DNA of 64,000 nucleotides, from NCBI GenBank assembly GCA_024613925.1, contig GCA_024613925.1_4713.1; one strand, given 5' to 3'. Positions 18,749-29,058 of the stretch are shown one piece after another. This stretch comes from a phage. The notes beneath the pieces are model-generated. The model was not told the origin of the DNA. It searched no databases and saw only the letters and a program-made list of their open reading frames with translations. Each line of letters starts with the position of its first letter. Position 1 is the first letter of the stretch. The position numbers and the translations under genes are program-made.

Positions 18749-19549
18749 TTAGTTTTTACCATTCCCCCAGCAGGGTTCTTCGTAAAAATGGTGCGGATAG
18801 CGATAATGAGAATTATTGGGTCTTCCTGTCGTTTCTTTCTGTGAGTCGACGACTAACGCGTAAAATAATTGGTGCTTGTCCATCATCGAAAAGTAAGAGG
18901 CAAGCAGTTTTTCGTTTAACGCGTCGCATGGTCGACAGGTACGACCACAAAGCGTTACGATACGGCCGTCAGGATAAACTTCACGGATCGTTCGCCATTC
19001 ACCGATACCAACCGGCGATGGTGCTGATGTGCCGCCCGCTATCGTTAAATATCGGTCGTACGTAGTACGGCATTCGGGATGAACGTAAATTGGCTGGGTA
19101 TTAGTACTGTCGTTTTCGGTTTGATGTTTACTCACGTATACCTCAAGGTAGATCGTTGGTAATCCGATTAGAACGCCGGTATCACGACGTTTTTTGGTAA
19201 TCCGAGGACGGATACTATCGAGCACGCTTTCCAGTTTTTCTGCGACTTCGTCAGCCGGTAATATATACCAGTATTGTGGTTCTGGGTCATCACCATGACT
19301 GAATAAGATACGACAGTCGGTGCTATTATTTTCTTCTACTTCAGGCGGGAAGATGATGGTGTGAACCGTATGACGTTCTGCGATATAAAATCCTTCGGGT
19401 CCCTCAGTTTTGGTAAGTGTAAAGGACCAGGGTGAACAATCTTCAGGTGATAAGCCTGCTAGGAAAAAGTTCGTCCGGATTGGCGCGTCCCATTTCGTGA
19501 TCATGTTAGCGTGACCAATAACACCTAACTTTTGATAAATATCTGTCAT
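18749..19549 (-). CDS. hypothetical protein (about 266 aa), tandem paralog of 17835-18695
   Basis: ORF-track start 19675 would run through the conserved hairpin; internal ATG at 19549 has GAGGA RBS 7 nt upstream. Confidence 0.6.
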   Translation of the reverse strand: MTDIYQKLGVIGHANMITKWDAPIRTNFFLAGLSPEDCSPWSFTLTKTEGPEGFYIAERHTVHTIIFPPEVEENNSTDCRILFSHGDDPEPQYWYILPADEVAEKLESVLDSIRPRITKKRRDTGVLIGLPTIYLEVYVSKHQTENDSTNTQPIYVHPECRTTYDRYLTIAGGTSAPSPVGIGEWRTIREVYPDGRIVTLCGRTCRPCDALNEKLLASYFSMMDKHQLFYALVVDSQKETTGRPNNSHYRYPHHFYEEPCWGNGKN

Positions 19550-19605
19550 GATTGTATCCTCGATTATTAAGAGAAATTTACAATGATAACAGTAACCGCT
19601 GTTAT

Positions 19606-19700
19606 CACCTAGGTAATGTAGTCGTGAAATAAACTGGGGTAATGCGAAATAAGACAGCATAGAACCCTCTCCCAACCCGTAAGGGAAGGGAGAGGGAATA
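19606..19700. repeat. conserved intergenic cassette, copy A (about 90 bp, near-identical to copy B), includes stem-loop 19665-19696
   Basis: CACCTAGGTAATGTAGTCGTGAAATAAACTG ... CGAAATAAGACAGCATAGAA-CCCTCTCCCAACCCGTAAGGGAAGGGAGAGGG-AATAT. Confidence 0.6.
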
Positions 19701-19702
19701 TA

Positions 19703-20335
19703 TCACCAATGATCGAAGGAACCAGGAGTGTTACGAACGATCTCAACTTGGAAGGTTATTGGTACTGATGGCAATGAAACATATTCGCGTTGCGATAGCG
19801 GGACGTTGTCTTCTCGCTCATCGATGCGAGCAGAACCTGTCAGAAATTGGAACATAGCGACTTGAAGCTCATCGGTGAAACGGAGGTACTCACCGATGTG
19901 TGGTGTTGCATCATATCGAATAAGTACGTTGCCAAACCGTCGTGCGATATTTGGAGTATCTGTGAACGAAACAGGGAAATCCAAAGTCATTCCCATCGTT
20001 TCACCTGGCTTCATTTTCCGAATCGACGCAATTGGCACGTCGAAGATATTCCATTCTTCTTTCATCGTGTCTGGAAACACACCGCGATACAAGATGGTCT
20101 TTTGATGACGATGAACGGGTTGTAAACGGTCAACCAATATTTTCAAAGGTTTAAGTTCTTCAGCCAATTCATAATCTGCTTGGATGTTCCACTTTGCCGC
20201 AAGTTCCATTAGGTTGGGATACGCGCTATATTTATTGACGATAGCCCAGTTAACATTACGCAAATCAATAGGAAGGAATTTGATAATTTCCTTGTTGAAT
20301 ATCCATTGGTTTAATTTCTTAATCTCCGAAAGCAT
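19703..20335 (-). CDS. hypothetical protein (about 210 aa)
   Basis: ORF-track start 20434 overlaps the upstream gene by 83 nt; the internal ATG at 20335 lies 16 nt after the upstream stop with a weak AGTGAG RBS. Start uncertain. Confidence 0.5.
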   Translation of the reverse strand: MLSEIKKLNQWIFNKEIIKFLPIDLRNVNWAIVNKYSAYPNLMELAAKWNIQADYELAEELKPLKILVDRLQPVHRHQKTILYRGVFPDTMKEEWNIFDVPIASIRKMKPGETMGMTLDFPVSFTDTPNIARRFGNVLIRYDATPHIGEYLRFTDELQVAMFQFLTGSARIDEREDNVPLSQREYVSLPSVPITFQVEIVRNTPGSFDHW

Positions 20336-20351
20336 GATGTACTCACTACAG

Positions 20352-21719
20352 CTAAACGGTTGGACGAACGGTGTTGTCTTTTTCTGGTGCAAGCCATAAC
20401 GTGACCGTACCATGGCATGTCCACTGTGGTTCACGTACAGAAGAACCAGCCATCGTTACAGCGCAATCGGTACGCATGACAACCCCGTATGCTTCGCAGA
20501 GATTGTTATCCTGCATCCATACAACTTTAGCAGGCATGCCGGGATACAACATATCCATGTTTGCGTATTCCCACACCAACTGCATTGTTCTACCGCGTAA
20601 TCCAGCAGTATTACTTAATTCACGCCACCGGTTATCGGTTACGCGTCCCATCCCTTTCGCCACCTTCACGTTATCGCTACGCTCTTCAGTTACGTACTCG
20701 CTAACGTTTACAGTACGACTGATTATTGTATCGCCTCCTTTTGATAACGTCATTCCCTGACTCATCTGACTTGCCGAAACAAAACGCCCACCCGCATTAC
20801 CTAACAACGAAGCCGCGTTATTGATGTCGTTTACCGACGCCCCTCTCGTACATGCAATTTCCACGTATTTGTCACGATTGATCCAGGTCTTGTCCATCCC
20901 CGGAAACATATCGGCAGGATAGTTGTAAAAGATAGCCGTACGGCGACCGTCAGAGAAACGGGTTTCGTCATAGAGAGGATAAATATACAGATACGGGGAT
21001 TGGTAATAACAACCGACGTCCGCTGAATAAATACCGACCTGGTTCTGGATTTTGTCTACGAGATCCATTGCGTTGGTACCATGCGGAAGAATAAGCAACT
21101 TGAACAGGTTGTCGTTATTCGGTGCAACAATATCCACACCCTGCATTTTGAATCCGGTGTCGGCTTCAACCGCAGAAAGTATCTTGCTGAATTCGAGCCG
21201 TAACACATCCAGCACTTTCGACCCGGTATAGTTCTCACCGGTTTCTGATTGCATGAAGCTTTCAAGAACAGGATCGAACAGTTGAAATTGAAGATCGACC
21301 ATTTGTTCGTAGTCTTTCTTCGAAGAATCGGTTGCGGTACGTTCGTCGTTAGCAGACATACGACTGTCTACGGTTGTTAAACAAACCGCTCGGTAGACGT
21401 AAGCTTGTGCAGCATCGTCTACGGTTTGGCGTTGTCCGCGCATCAGGCTGTACGCCTGCACGATGATGCGCATTTTAAGTTGTTGTTGGTACGGTAGAAT
21501 GTATTTTCCGTAACTGCCTGGCGGGAACTTTACAGAGATATAAAGTTCATCTCCTGCGTTACGTTCGTAGTCTCGATACGTGTGGACTTGAGTCACTAAA
21601 GGAACAGACACCGTCATTGACGGCGTGATTAATTCCGCGGTGACTTTATACGCAACAGCAACTGCTTCCTGCGCAAATGTACCGATATACCGTCCTAACG
21701 GCGTCTGTTTGTAATCCAT
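20352..21719 (-). CDS. hypothetical protein (455 aa), possibly structural
   Basis: Long ORF; its ATG is 2 nt after the stop of the upstream gene (operon-like packing). Confidence 0.6.
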   Translation of the reverse strand: MDYKQTPLGRYIGTFAQEAVAVAYKVTAELITPSMTVSVPLVTQVHTYRDYERNAGDELYISVKFPPGSYGKYILPYQQQLKMRIIVQAYSLMRGQRQTVDDAAQAYVYRAVCLTTVDSRMSANDERTATDSSKKDYEQMVDLQFQLFDPVLESFMQSETGENYTGSKVLDVLRLEFSKILSAVEADTGFKMQGVDIVAPNNDNLFKLLILPHGTNAMDLVDKIQNQVGIYSADVGCYYQSPYLYIYPLYDETRFSDGRRTAIFYNYPADMFPGMDKTWINRDKYVEIACTRGASVNDINNAASLLGNAGGRFVSASQMSQGMTLSKGGDTIISRTVNVSEYVTEERSDNVKVAKGMGRVTDNRWRELSNTAGLRGRTMQLVWEYANMDMLYPGMPAKVVWMQDNNLCEAYGVVMRTDCAVTMAGSSVREPQWTCHGTVTLWLAPEKDNTVRPTV

Positions 21720-21721
21720 GT

Positions 21722-22327
21722 TTAACGACCCCGTTGCTGTTGTTGAATGATGAATTCTTCGATCTTCGTACCACGGAATTCGCTGTGACGAACCGCTTGC
21801 AGTTGCTCTTCAACGGTTGGGCCTGCATTGAGACCACCACGACGTGCGCGGTTGATGCCGATTTTACGGCGCTGGCCGATTTCACGTAAACGTGAAGATA
21901 ATCCGCTCATTTCGGTTGGGTCTTTAATGCGACCGCGTGCAACGTTCCACAGACCACCCATGAACTCTTCGAGGATACGGCTGGCTTCGAGAGACGGTAC
22001 GCGTGCGTTAGGATCGTTTTCGAGATTGTATTTAACGTATTCCGTGTGTTCCAGAAGAAGCATGAACATCTTCATGGCGTTCACGTCAGGATTTGCGATA
22101 CGCATAGGGACACCGCGAGAATGTTTTTCAGCAGCCTGCGGTACAGTGAGCTGTGCGGGCACCTCTTCGTTCATGGCCATATCGTCGATTTCTGCGACCC
22201 CTGAAGAGTAGACACCGCTGACTTCGTTGGTGTAGTTATCCACCATGAATTTACGGGGAATCCAGAATTCGAATTTACGTTCAAATAGACGTTTGGTTGG
22301 GGTATCTTTAACGTGTTGTAGACTCAT
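21722..22327 (-). CDS. hypothetical protein (201 aa)
   Basis: ORF; start overlaps the stop of the upstream gene. Confidence 0.55.
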   Translation of the reverse strand: MSLQHVKDTPTKRLFERKFEFWIPRKFMVDNYTNEVSGVYSSGVAEIDDMAMNEEVPAQLTVPQAAEKHSRGVPMRIANPDVNAMKMFMLLLEHTEYVKYNLENDPNARVPSLEASRILEEFMGGLWNVARGRIKDPTEMSGLSSRLREIGQRRKIGINRARRGGLNAGPTVEEQLQAVRHSEFRGTKIEEFIIQQQQRGR

Positions 22328-23640
22328 GGTTCAATAGCTCCTGCTCGTAACAGCATGATAACGAACGGTGTGAAATAATAACGATCTAGCGGAGAAAGCA
22401 ACGGTATTGCGTCAACCATCTGTTTTAGTGCTGGATGGCTGATCGCTTTCTCATCGACCATATCACGTACCATACTCTCAATGATCGTCATTGGGGCTTG
22501 ATTGCGGTAGAAAGCCTCTGTGAAAACATAGTACGGATCGTCCGCTACCGATGGAAACAACGGAACGCCGTCATACTCCATCGATGTAAGGTTGGTCACC
22601 AACGGGTTTGTCGGTGGTGTGTTTTCAGGTACAGCCAACTCTTTACCGACGTCTTCACCGAGCGACGTGGTCGCAGGCCACATACAGAACCGCGCACCAC
22701 TAAAACGAATCCCGCCTGCAGCCGGGTATTGATAGAAACGCTTTGTTGACAACAGTGTGAATTTCACCGTCAACCGCGCCTCGTCTTCCCGACGTCCGTC
22801 CATGACCCATTCATAGACAGAAATCGCATTCGCTTCCTGGCTGTCGTCTACGTTAAGACGTCCGAAGTTCCATGAAGGTTTTCCTTCAAGCGACGACCAT
22901 AATTTCGTAAACGCGTTAACGCACCAGGGGTCGTAGGTTGCAGCATCTTGACCAGGAACAAGCAGTGTGTTGAGTTCACGGCTGTAGAATTCATGGTAAT
23001 ACGCGTGACAAAGTCCCAGTGCACGACGGAGATAATCATACTTACGATTGTATTTCTCCGTTGCCATTACGGGATGTTTTCCGTGCTTTAACTGGTCTTG
23101 GTCGTATAGTGTATCCTCAACGATTTTCGCTTCCAGTTCGATAAGCTGTTTTTCGTCAAGAATACGTTGGAAGGAAATATCGCATTCGTAAGCCGGTGCT
23201 AAGCTGATGTTCTTCGGCGTGATTCGGGTGATCGTGTACACCGCGATACGATGATCGAGACCGGAGATTAACAGCATGTTACCTAAAAGAGGAACCGATA
23301 CCGCCGGAAGTACACATGTACCCTCTGATTGAAAACGTGCGGTACCGTTGTCATACGACGGCGTCAATGATGACATTAACTTGATAGGGTAATGTCTGAT
23401 GCGGCGGTACTGCTGTTCAGCGATGTCGCGGTTAGCCTGAAAACTGCTTTGTTCATCATCACGACCGAGAATCTGTTCGTAATAATCGCATTCTACGGAA
23501 TAACCGGATGCGTAATTCACCAGTCCGATTTGACTATTGTATTGCTCATCCACCACCGCAGAACGATAAACATCGTCGCGAGCCTTCGCGGGCTGTTGGG
23601 GGTTGATGATGGGTTTCGCGGGCTTCTTAGCGAGCGCCAT
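22324..23640 (-). CDS. hypothetical protein (438 aa)
   Basis: Long ORF; 14-nt overlap with the upstream gene. Confidence 0.6.
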   Translation of the reverse strand: MALAKKPAKPIINPQQPAKARDDVYRSAVVDEQYNSQIGLVNYASGYSVECDYYEQILGRDDEQSSFQANRDIAEQQYRRIRHYPIKLMSSLTPSYDNGTARFQSEGTCVLPAVSVPLLGNMLLISGLDHRIAVYTITRITPKNISLAPAYECDISFQRILDEKQLIELEAKIVEDTLYDQDQLKHGKHPVMATEKYNRKYDYLRRALGLCHAYYHEFYSRELNTLLVPGQDAATYDPWCVNAFTKLWSSLEGKPSWNFGRLNVDDSQEANAISVYEWVMDGRREDEARLTVKFTLLSTKRFYQYPAAGGIRFSGARFCMWPATTSLGEDVGKELAVPENTPPTNPLVTNLTSMEYDGVPLFPSVADDPYYVFTEAFYRNQAPMTIIESMVRDMVDEKAISHPALKQMVDAIPLLSPLDRYYFTPFVIMLLRAGAIEP

Positions 23641-25192
23641 AGCGTTTCACTCCTACGATGGTACCGACAAGAATTCTCGGCACGAATAAACTACGATGTT
23701 TGAACCACGAAGCGGTTGTTGGGATACGTTTGATGGCTTCGATAAGCCCGATTAGCGTATAGCATCCCCGACTGTTCTTCTTAGGCCAGTACTTTTTATC
23801 TAAACCTAATACCGCAAACAGTTCATCCACCAGATTGGGATAACAACACAACGCTTCAAGTGTTTCAACCTGTAACTGACTTAAATCTAACAGTATCGCT
23901 AGACGAACGTGGTAATCACTCCGTAAGTCTAACGGATCTTTCGCTTCAAGATCACCAACATCGGTTAATGTCCACGCGTCTCTTGCGTAGCGGTATTTAC
24001 CCTTCCAAACCTCAAGGAAAAAAGGAGACTGGTAATGGCATTTTGACCATTCCGGGTACTCACGGAACCACCGAACAAGATCGGGATGGAATTCACCTTC
24101 TTCGGCTAACGAGTCCAACGTCACCAACAGGTTAGGTTGTTCAGGATCGATAGCAAGCAGTGCGGTGAAAAGCGTGCTTGATGGAAGCTCGGTCTCCACG
24201 CTCGATGGAGGCAGCCATTCATCCAAATCGGGATACCGATACGCTTGAATCGACGCACCTTGTTCCGGCAAGAACGAATCACGAAGAATGTCCTGATACT
24301 GCACCACCATACCACCACGACGCGCACGGGATTTATCGCGCACCGAGAGGCTTGGTTTGTAAAGGTACTCTTCGGGGAGTATCTGTTGGTGTACTTGAAC
24401 AGGATACCGTGCTACGATGTGTGTTGGTGTGTCGTACGTGTAACGGTAAGAGAAGGTTGCGTTGTACGAAGAACTGTTCTCGTTCTTCTCTGGCTTCGGA
24501 GCGTCGGTGAAATCAAATTGACCAGAGATCTCTTCTTGCATTTCCCTGATAACCAATTTAACGCTCTTACCGTCACCGGCAACTGTCGTCATGGTGGTTG
24601 CACGGTTGTCGAACCCGTCTCTAAGGTATTCGCTGAACTTATCCCCGTAACCCGCTAATGCTTCTCGGTGTGTGTGAATAACTTTTAACAGCATGAGAAA
24701 CTGTGTTGGGATCGCATAGCTGTATTCAGCGCTAAGAAAGGCAGCGACGTGCTGGCTTGTCAGCAAACGTTTCATGTCATACCACCAACGTTCGGCAGTG
24801 ACCTGATCTTCGAACCGTTTGGTGATCTGCATGGTTGCAACCATCGTACTGTAAACAGGTACCAGCGATACACCAAGGTTACGGTCTTCAAATACGGGAA
24901 GACTGTTTCGTTTGTAAACGGTATCGTACATAGAGGCCTGTTCTTCAGGGACAATGTTAAGTTCAATTTGGATAAACCCGTCAGCAGGCCCTTTTACATC
25001 CTGATCAACAACTTGCGGCGGTTGCTCGTTCGCAGCGCTCATTTTAGCGTGAAGCGCTTCCCCTCGAAAAAGAATGTTCTCCCGATTATAATCCCACCCG
25101 CAAAGCTCGCTGATCTGCCGTAACACCGCGATTGCAACCGGACGTGTTACCGTCGCGTATACGTCATTGATTTTTCGATCAAGTTTAGGCAT
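23627..25192 (-). CDS. hypothetical protein (about 521 aa)
   Basis: ORF-track start is GTG 25219; ATG 25192 has GAGGA RBS and overlaps the upstream stop by 8 nt. Confidence 0.6.
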   Translation of the reverse strand: MPKLDRKINDVYATVTRPVAIAVLRQISELCGWDYNRENILFRGEALHAKMSAANEQPPQVVDQDVKGPADGFIQIELNIVPEEQASMYDTVYKRNSLPVFEDRNLGVSLVPVYSTMVATMQITKRFEDQVTAERWWYDMKRLLTSQHVAAFLSAEYSYAIPTQFLMLLKVIHTHREALAGYGDKFSEYLRDGFDNRATTMTTVAGDGKSVKLVIREMQEEISGQFDFTDAPKPEKNENSSSYNATFSYRYTYDTPTHIVARYPVQVHQQILPEEYLYKPSLSVRDKSRARRGGMVVQYQDILRDSFLPEQGASIQAYRYPDLDEWLPPSSVETELPSSTLFTALLAIDPEQPNLLVTLDSLAEEGEFHPDLVRWFREYPEWSKCHYQSPFFLEVWKGKYRYARDAWTLTDVGDLEAKDPLDLRSDYHVRLAILLDLSQLQVETLEALCCYPNLVDELFAVLGLDKKYWPKKNSRGCYTLIGLIEAIKRIPTTASWFKHRSLFVPRILVGTIVGVKRYGAR

Positions 25193-25568
25193 CGGTGTCG
25201 TCCTCGCTAATTTCCTCACCTCCTTGTTGTCGATATCCGGTATAATGAATCAGACTGCTCTGTAGAAGCTCTTTAACGAGCCCTAGACGCGTTTTATCTG
25301 TTTCATTGGACGTTTCCATTAATGTTTCTATTTCGTTGTTTAAAACAGCGTATAGCGCTTCTAACGGCAATCCTTGGATGATTGGTTTGATGGTACCTTC
25401 CGGTAGTGCCGCAACAGGAATCTGCACGACGGTTTCATGTGCGGTATGTGGGTTGATACGGCAAATATACATACCGGGTACTGAATGTCGCGGGCACGCC
25501 GCTACCAAGCATGTCTGTTGCTGCGCACCGTTAAGTGCGAGTGAAAGAAATTTTGCTTCACGTGTCAT
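25185..25568 (-). CDS. hypothetical small protein (127 aa)
   Basis: ATG with AGGA RBS 8 nt upstream. Confidence 0.5.
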   Translation of the reverse strand: MTREAKFLSLALNGAQQQTCLVAACPRHSVPGMYICRINPHTAHETVVQIPVAALPEGTIKPIIQGLPLEALYAVLNNEIETLMETSNETDKTRLGLVKELLQSSLIHYTGYRQQGGEEISEDDTDA

Positions 25569-25618
25569 CGCAGATTCCTGTTTGAAAGATAAGATATCAC
25601 ATGATGGTCGACAGCATA

Positions 25619-25642
25619 AAGCCCACCCCGAAGGGCGGGCTG
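25619..25642. terminator. short GC-rich stem-loop followed by TTTATGCG (minus-strand reading: hairpin then TTATGCTGTC)
   Basis: GCCC-A-CCC cgaa GGG-C-GGGC with one mismatch; lies between the stop of 25657-29043 and the start of 25185-25568. Confidence 0.45.
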
Positions 25643-25656
25643 TTTATGCGTACGGA

Positions 25657-28600
25657 TTACTTGTAGGCACCGCAATGGGCTTTGATGAGGAAAAGCACCG
25701 CTTGCATCGGTTTATTGAACTGTTGCCATAACGTCAATGCCGGATGGAACAACCAATCTTCCAGGCCAAGAACAATGCCGTAGTTAATGACATTATTAAC
25801 ATCGTTCTCAATGTTGAATTCGCTATCCAGGAATTTATCGATTGAACGCAGGGTCTGCATGGCGTTGTCAGCAATAAGCCAAGCTTCATGCGCTTCACGA
25901 GCCGCACGCAGCACTGCCTCCAGTTCGCTGATAGTAGCTACCGGTAATTCCTCACTGGTGAGGTCGTCAGAAACCGTAAACTGGCGATTGATACCGGTGT
26001 AGATCCACTGCATCAGTTTCGCTGCTTCCTCGTTCGGGTTGTTACGCGTTGTCGCATAAGTCGCGCTCACCTTCACGATGTGCGTTTCACCAAGATACGC
26101 TTTGGAACCAACGCCTTTACGATCGCTGTTTTTCCACGGTTGTACGGTAGCGACCATGAGCTTGTCCCATTTCTGAATAGGAATACGCTTCAGACCAACA
26201 ACCGATCCAGCGGATGTTTCGGACTGGTTGCTCTTCCGCACTTCGCTGAGTTCACGATCGATAGCAACGATTAATTCACGCGTCATGTTACCAAGCATTT
26301 TGATTTCACCCAACGCAGCGATGAGCTTCTTCACATCGGTAACAGGTTCACCACCGATGGTAAGATGACGGATGAAACGTTTCAGAATAATCCGTTCCGC
26401 TGCTGGGTTACCGCGACGCGCTTTAGCCAATGCTTGCTGCGTTTCGGCGAACAGCTTATCCCATGGAGCCGTAGCGGCGGTATAGTAACGGTGGTTGGTT
26501 TCAATCCAGTTACCGATACGGTTGACCGCACTCTTAACGGTATCCATGAATCCTTCCATCGCAATTTCGGTAGCTTCGACGTTACCCTGGAAGTTATCAG
26601 GACCGATCTCACGTGCCGCTACCAGAATACCTTCCACAGCACTCACCGCATGGCGACCGATAGCCAGATTTCGCTGCGCTTCTTCAGCTCGCTCAACGAA
26701 TTCCACCACCGCAGGATCATCAACGATTTCCGCCTCAGCAACAACACGTGTACCGGCATCGCCTTCCAGCGTCTCGATCGTTACAACAGGATCGTTTTCA
26801 CCAGCAACATCCTGGTACTCTTCCTGTTTAAGATCACCGTTATCTGCCGCAGCGATAGCGTTCATTATGCGGATGGTGACCTCACCAAGTTCTTGCGAAA
26901 CGAATCCATAAACGGTGCAAGCAGTCGTTGCGAAGTTCATCAATGTGCGCGTACGCTGCGTGATGTAACGTGCGCCGGATTCGTTTTCCAGTTTATCGAG
27001 ATCCCGGATTAACTGCTCGGCTGTTTCTTGAAGCTGTGTTACCGCCTTCAAGAGATCTTCGTCGAACAGTTTCTTCGATGCATCAACTAACATATCAGCA
27101 TTGACGTTGGATGGTACCGTATCGCCTTGCTGTTTCATCTCGCTCAGCTCATCGCGGAACTTACGGATACCTTCTAAAGCGTCGTCAACGGAATATCCGA
27201 ATGCCTTAACGCCCGCCATTCCGAGAGCTGCTTTCATATCGCCAGGATGTTGAACTTGCTCGCCTTCCTTGCTGTTCTTTAACTCATCGAAATATTGACG
27301 TGATGCGTCCGCAATACGCTTGCTGTCTTTTACTGCGTTAACGATCTTATCAACCGATTTCGAATCGTTTGCAAGTAACGTGTCAAGCTTGTTCCATGCA
27401 ACATCAACTTTCTTCCCGTTGTTAGCCTCGCCCGGCGGTGGAAGCAGCTTCATCACTGGTGTTGTGCGTTGTTCTTTGGTGAGCTTACCAGCTTTCTCTT
27501 CGATTTTCTTTTTATTAACACCGAAAAGTTTTCTTAGGCGCGCCACGATGGCTTTTAAGAACTTCACAACCGCTTCGTAAACCGACTTCAGAATCTGTTT
27601 AAAGCGACCGGGTTTCTTGTCACCGTCTTCCAGATTAAGATCGCTGTTCAGTGCGACATCAAGCTGTTTGTACGATTCCATGATGTATTCGTCTTTGATT
27701 TCAGGACGAATCTCGAAGCTTTCCATCGGACCTTCAGCCGGACGGAATTCCATTTTCAGTTCGCCTTGCAGAGTAGGGTCGACGATGGCGATTGCTTCAC
27801 CCTGACCATCAGCGTTAAAGCGTTCAGCGTAACGAGTACGGCGAACAATAACGCTCTTATCCCCATCAAGACGACGTACCACCATGGTACCAGGAATGTA
27901 TGGTTGTTCTGTTTCAATGACGGTTACATCTGCCTCACCTTCACCGAGAATAACAGATGCGCGCTGCTCAACAACAGGAACATCTAACACACCACGGGCT
28001 TCCAGCTCTTGATGAATTTCGAACGACTCTTGTTTCAGATCTTCATCTTCTTCGTTTTCGTCGTCCTCATCATCGTCACCTTCGGTGTTTTCATCACCCT
28101 CGGTGGTTGTGTCGTCGGTGGCACCAGCGTCAGCGTCGGTGTTAGCAGGTTCTTCGGACGCAGGTTCGGTGGTGTTGTCCTCCGTGGACGACCCGTCAGT
28201 GTTATCGACATCAACATCACCTTGCAGTTCTGTTTCCTGAGCAACTGCTTCGGCTTTCTGCTCACCGGTATTACCGTCATTAGCGTCGACAACAGGTTGT
28301 TCGTCAGCGACGGTATCTTCAACCTTTTCTACTTTCTCCACGACACGTTTAATCACGGTGACTTTGATGGGTTCTTCCGTTGTTTTGGTTTCTGGCGTCA
28401 CCTCGGCTGCCGCAGCCGCTGTTTCAGCAATAGGTTCTGCTTTTTCCGGTTCGACGACATTACCCTTAACACCTTCGGTGGTTTCTGCAGGTTGCGCTGC
28501 CTGTTCGATTTGTGCCGGATTGGTTGGATCGATGGCATTAGCCGCATCCTGAATCTTGTTCTTCAGATTGTCGCGGTCAGCGCTAACGGTTGGGTCATTG

Positions 28601-29043
28601 GTTACTTTCGGTGCCGGTGTTTCGGTCGGTGCGTTTGCCGGATACGGGTTCTTCGGCTCTTCGCCAGGTGCGGTCGGTACCGCGATCAGAACGAACGGTT
28701 GAACGTCGTTACCGTCTTCCATGGTTACACCGCCGTTGCTCGGTGTGAAACGAATTCGCAAACTACCATCGATAGGACGGGTCACGATAACAGCACGCAC
28801 GACATCCTCACCGTTCTCATCCGTGCTACGAATCACGCGAACGGCATCATCAACGGTAGCCCCTTCCTCGAGCGTATCTGATTCGATCGTCGCTTCGATG
28901 CTGTCTGGCCGTGCCGCTGTAGGTAATGCGATCACTTGCTCTTCTTTATCAGTAGAAAGCGTTGCTTTGACTTCGATAGGTGTATCGCTGCTTTCCAGGT
29001 TAAGATGCGACTTACGCATCAGATCAGCTAACGATTTTTTCAT
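25657..29043 (-). CDS. large hypothetical protein (1128 aa) with a central acidic low-complexity region; virion-type candidate
   Basis: ATG with AGAGGA RBS; central region rich in D/E/T/G (for example GDDDEDDENEEDEDL). Confidence 0.55.
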   Translation of the reverse strand: MKKSLADLMRKSHLNLESSDTPIEVKATLSTDKEEQVIALPTAARPDSIEATIESDTLEEGATVDDAVRVIRSTDENGEDVVRAVIVTRPIDGSLRIRFTPSNGGVTMEDGNDVQPFVLIAVPTAPGEEPKNPYPANAPTETPAPKVTNDPTVSADRDNLKNKIQDAANAIDPTNPAQIEQAAQPAETTEGVKGNVVEPEKAEPIAETAAAAAEVTPETKTTEEPIKVTVIKRVVEKVEKVEDTVADEQPVVDANDGNTGEQKAEAVAQETELQGDVDVDNTDGSSTEDNTTEPASEEPANTDADAGATDDTTTEGDENTEGDDDEDDENEEDEDLKQESFEIHQELEARGVLDVPVVEQRASVILGEGEADVTVIETEQPYIPGTMVVRRLDGDKSVIVRRTRYAERFNADGQGEAIAIVDPTLQGELKMEFRPAEGPMESFEIRPEIKDEYIMESYKQLDVALNSDLNLEDGDKKPGRFKQILKSVYEAVVKFLKAIVARLRKLFGVNKKKIEEKAGKLTKEQRTTPVMKLLPPPGEANNGKKVDVAWNKLDTLLANDSKSVDKIVNAVKDSKRIADASRQYFDELKNSKEGEQVQHPGDMKAALGMAGVKAFGYSVDDALEGIRKFRDELSEMKQQGDTVPSNVNADMLVDASKKLFDEDLLKAVTQLQETAEQLIRDLDKLENESGARYITQRTRTLMNFATTACTVYGFVSQELGEVTIRIMNAIAAADNGDLKQEEYQDVAGENDPVVTIETLEGDAGTRVVAEAEIVDDPAVVEFVERAEEAQRNLAIGRHAVSAVEGILVAAREIGPDNFQGNVEATEIAMEGFMDTVKSAVNRIGNWIETNHRYYTAATAPWDKLFAETQQALAKARRGNPAAERIILKRFIRHLTIGGEPVTDVKKLIAALGEIKMLGNMTRELIVAIDRELSEVRKSNQSETSAGSVVGLKRIPIQKWDKLMVATVQPWKNSDRKGVGSKAYLGETHIVKVSATYATTRNNPNEEAAKLMQWIYTGINRQFTVSDDLTSEELPVATISELEAVLRAAREAHEAWLIADNAMQTLRSIDKFLDSEFNIENDVNNVINYGIVLGLEDWLFHPALTLWQQFNKPMQAVLFLIKAHCGAYK

Positions 29044-29058
29044 AAAGCGTTATTCCTC

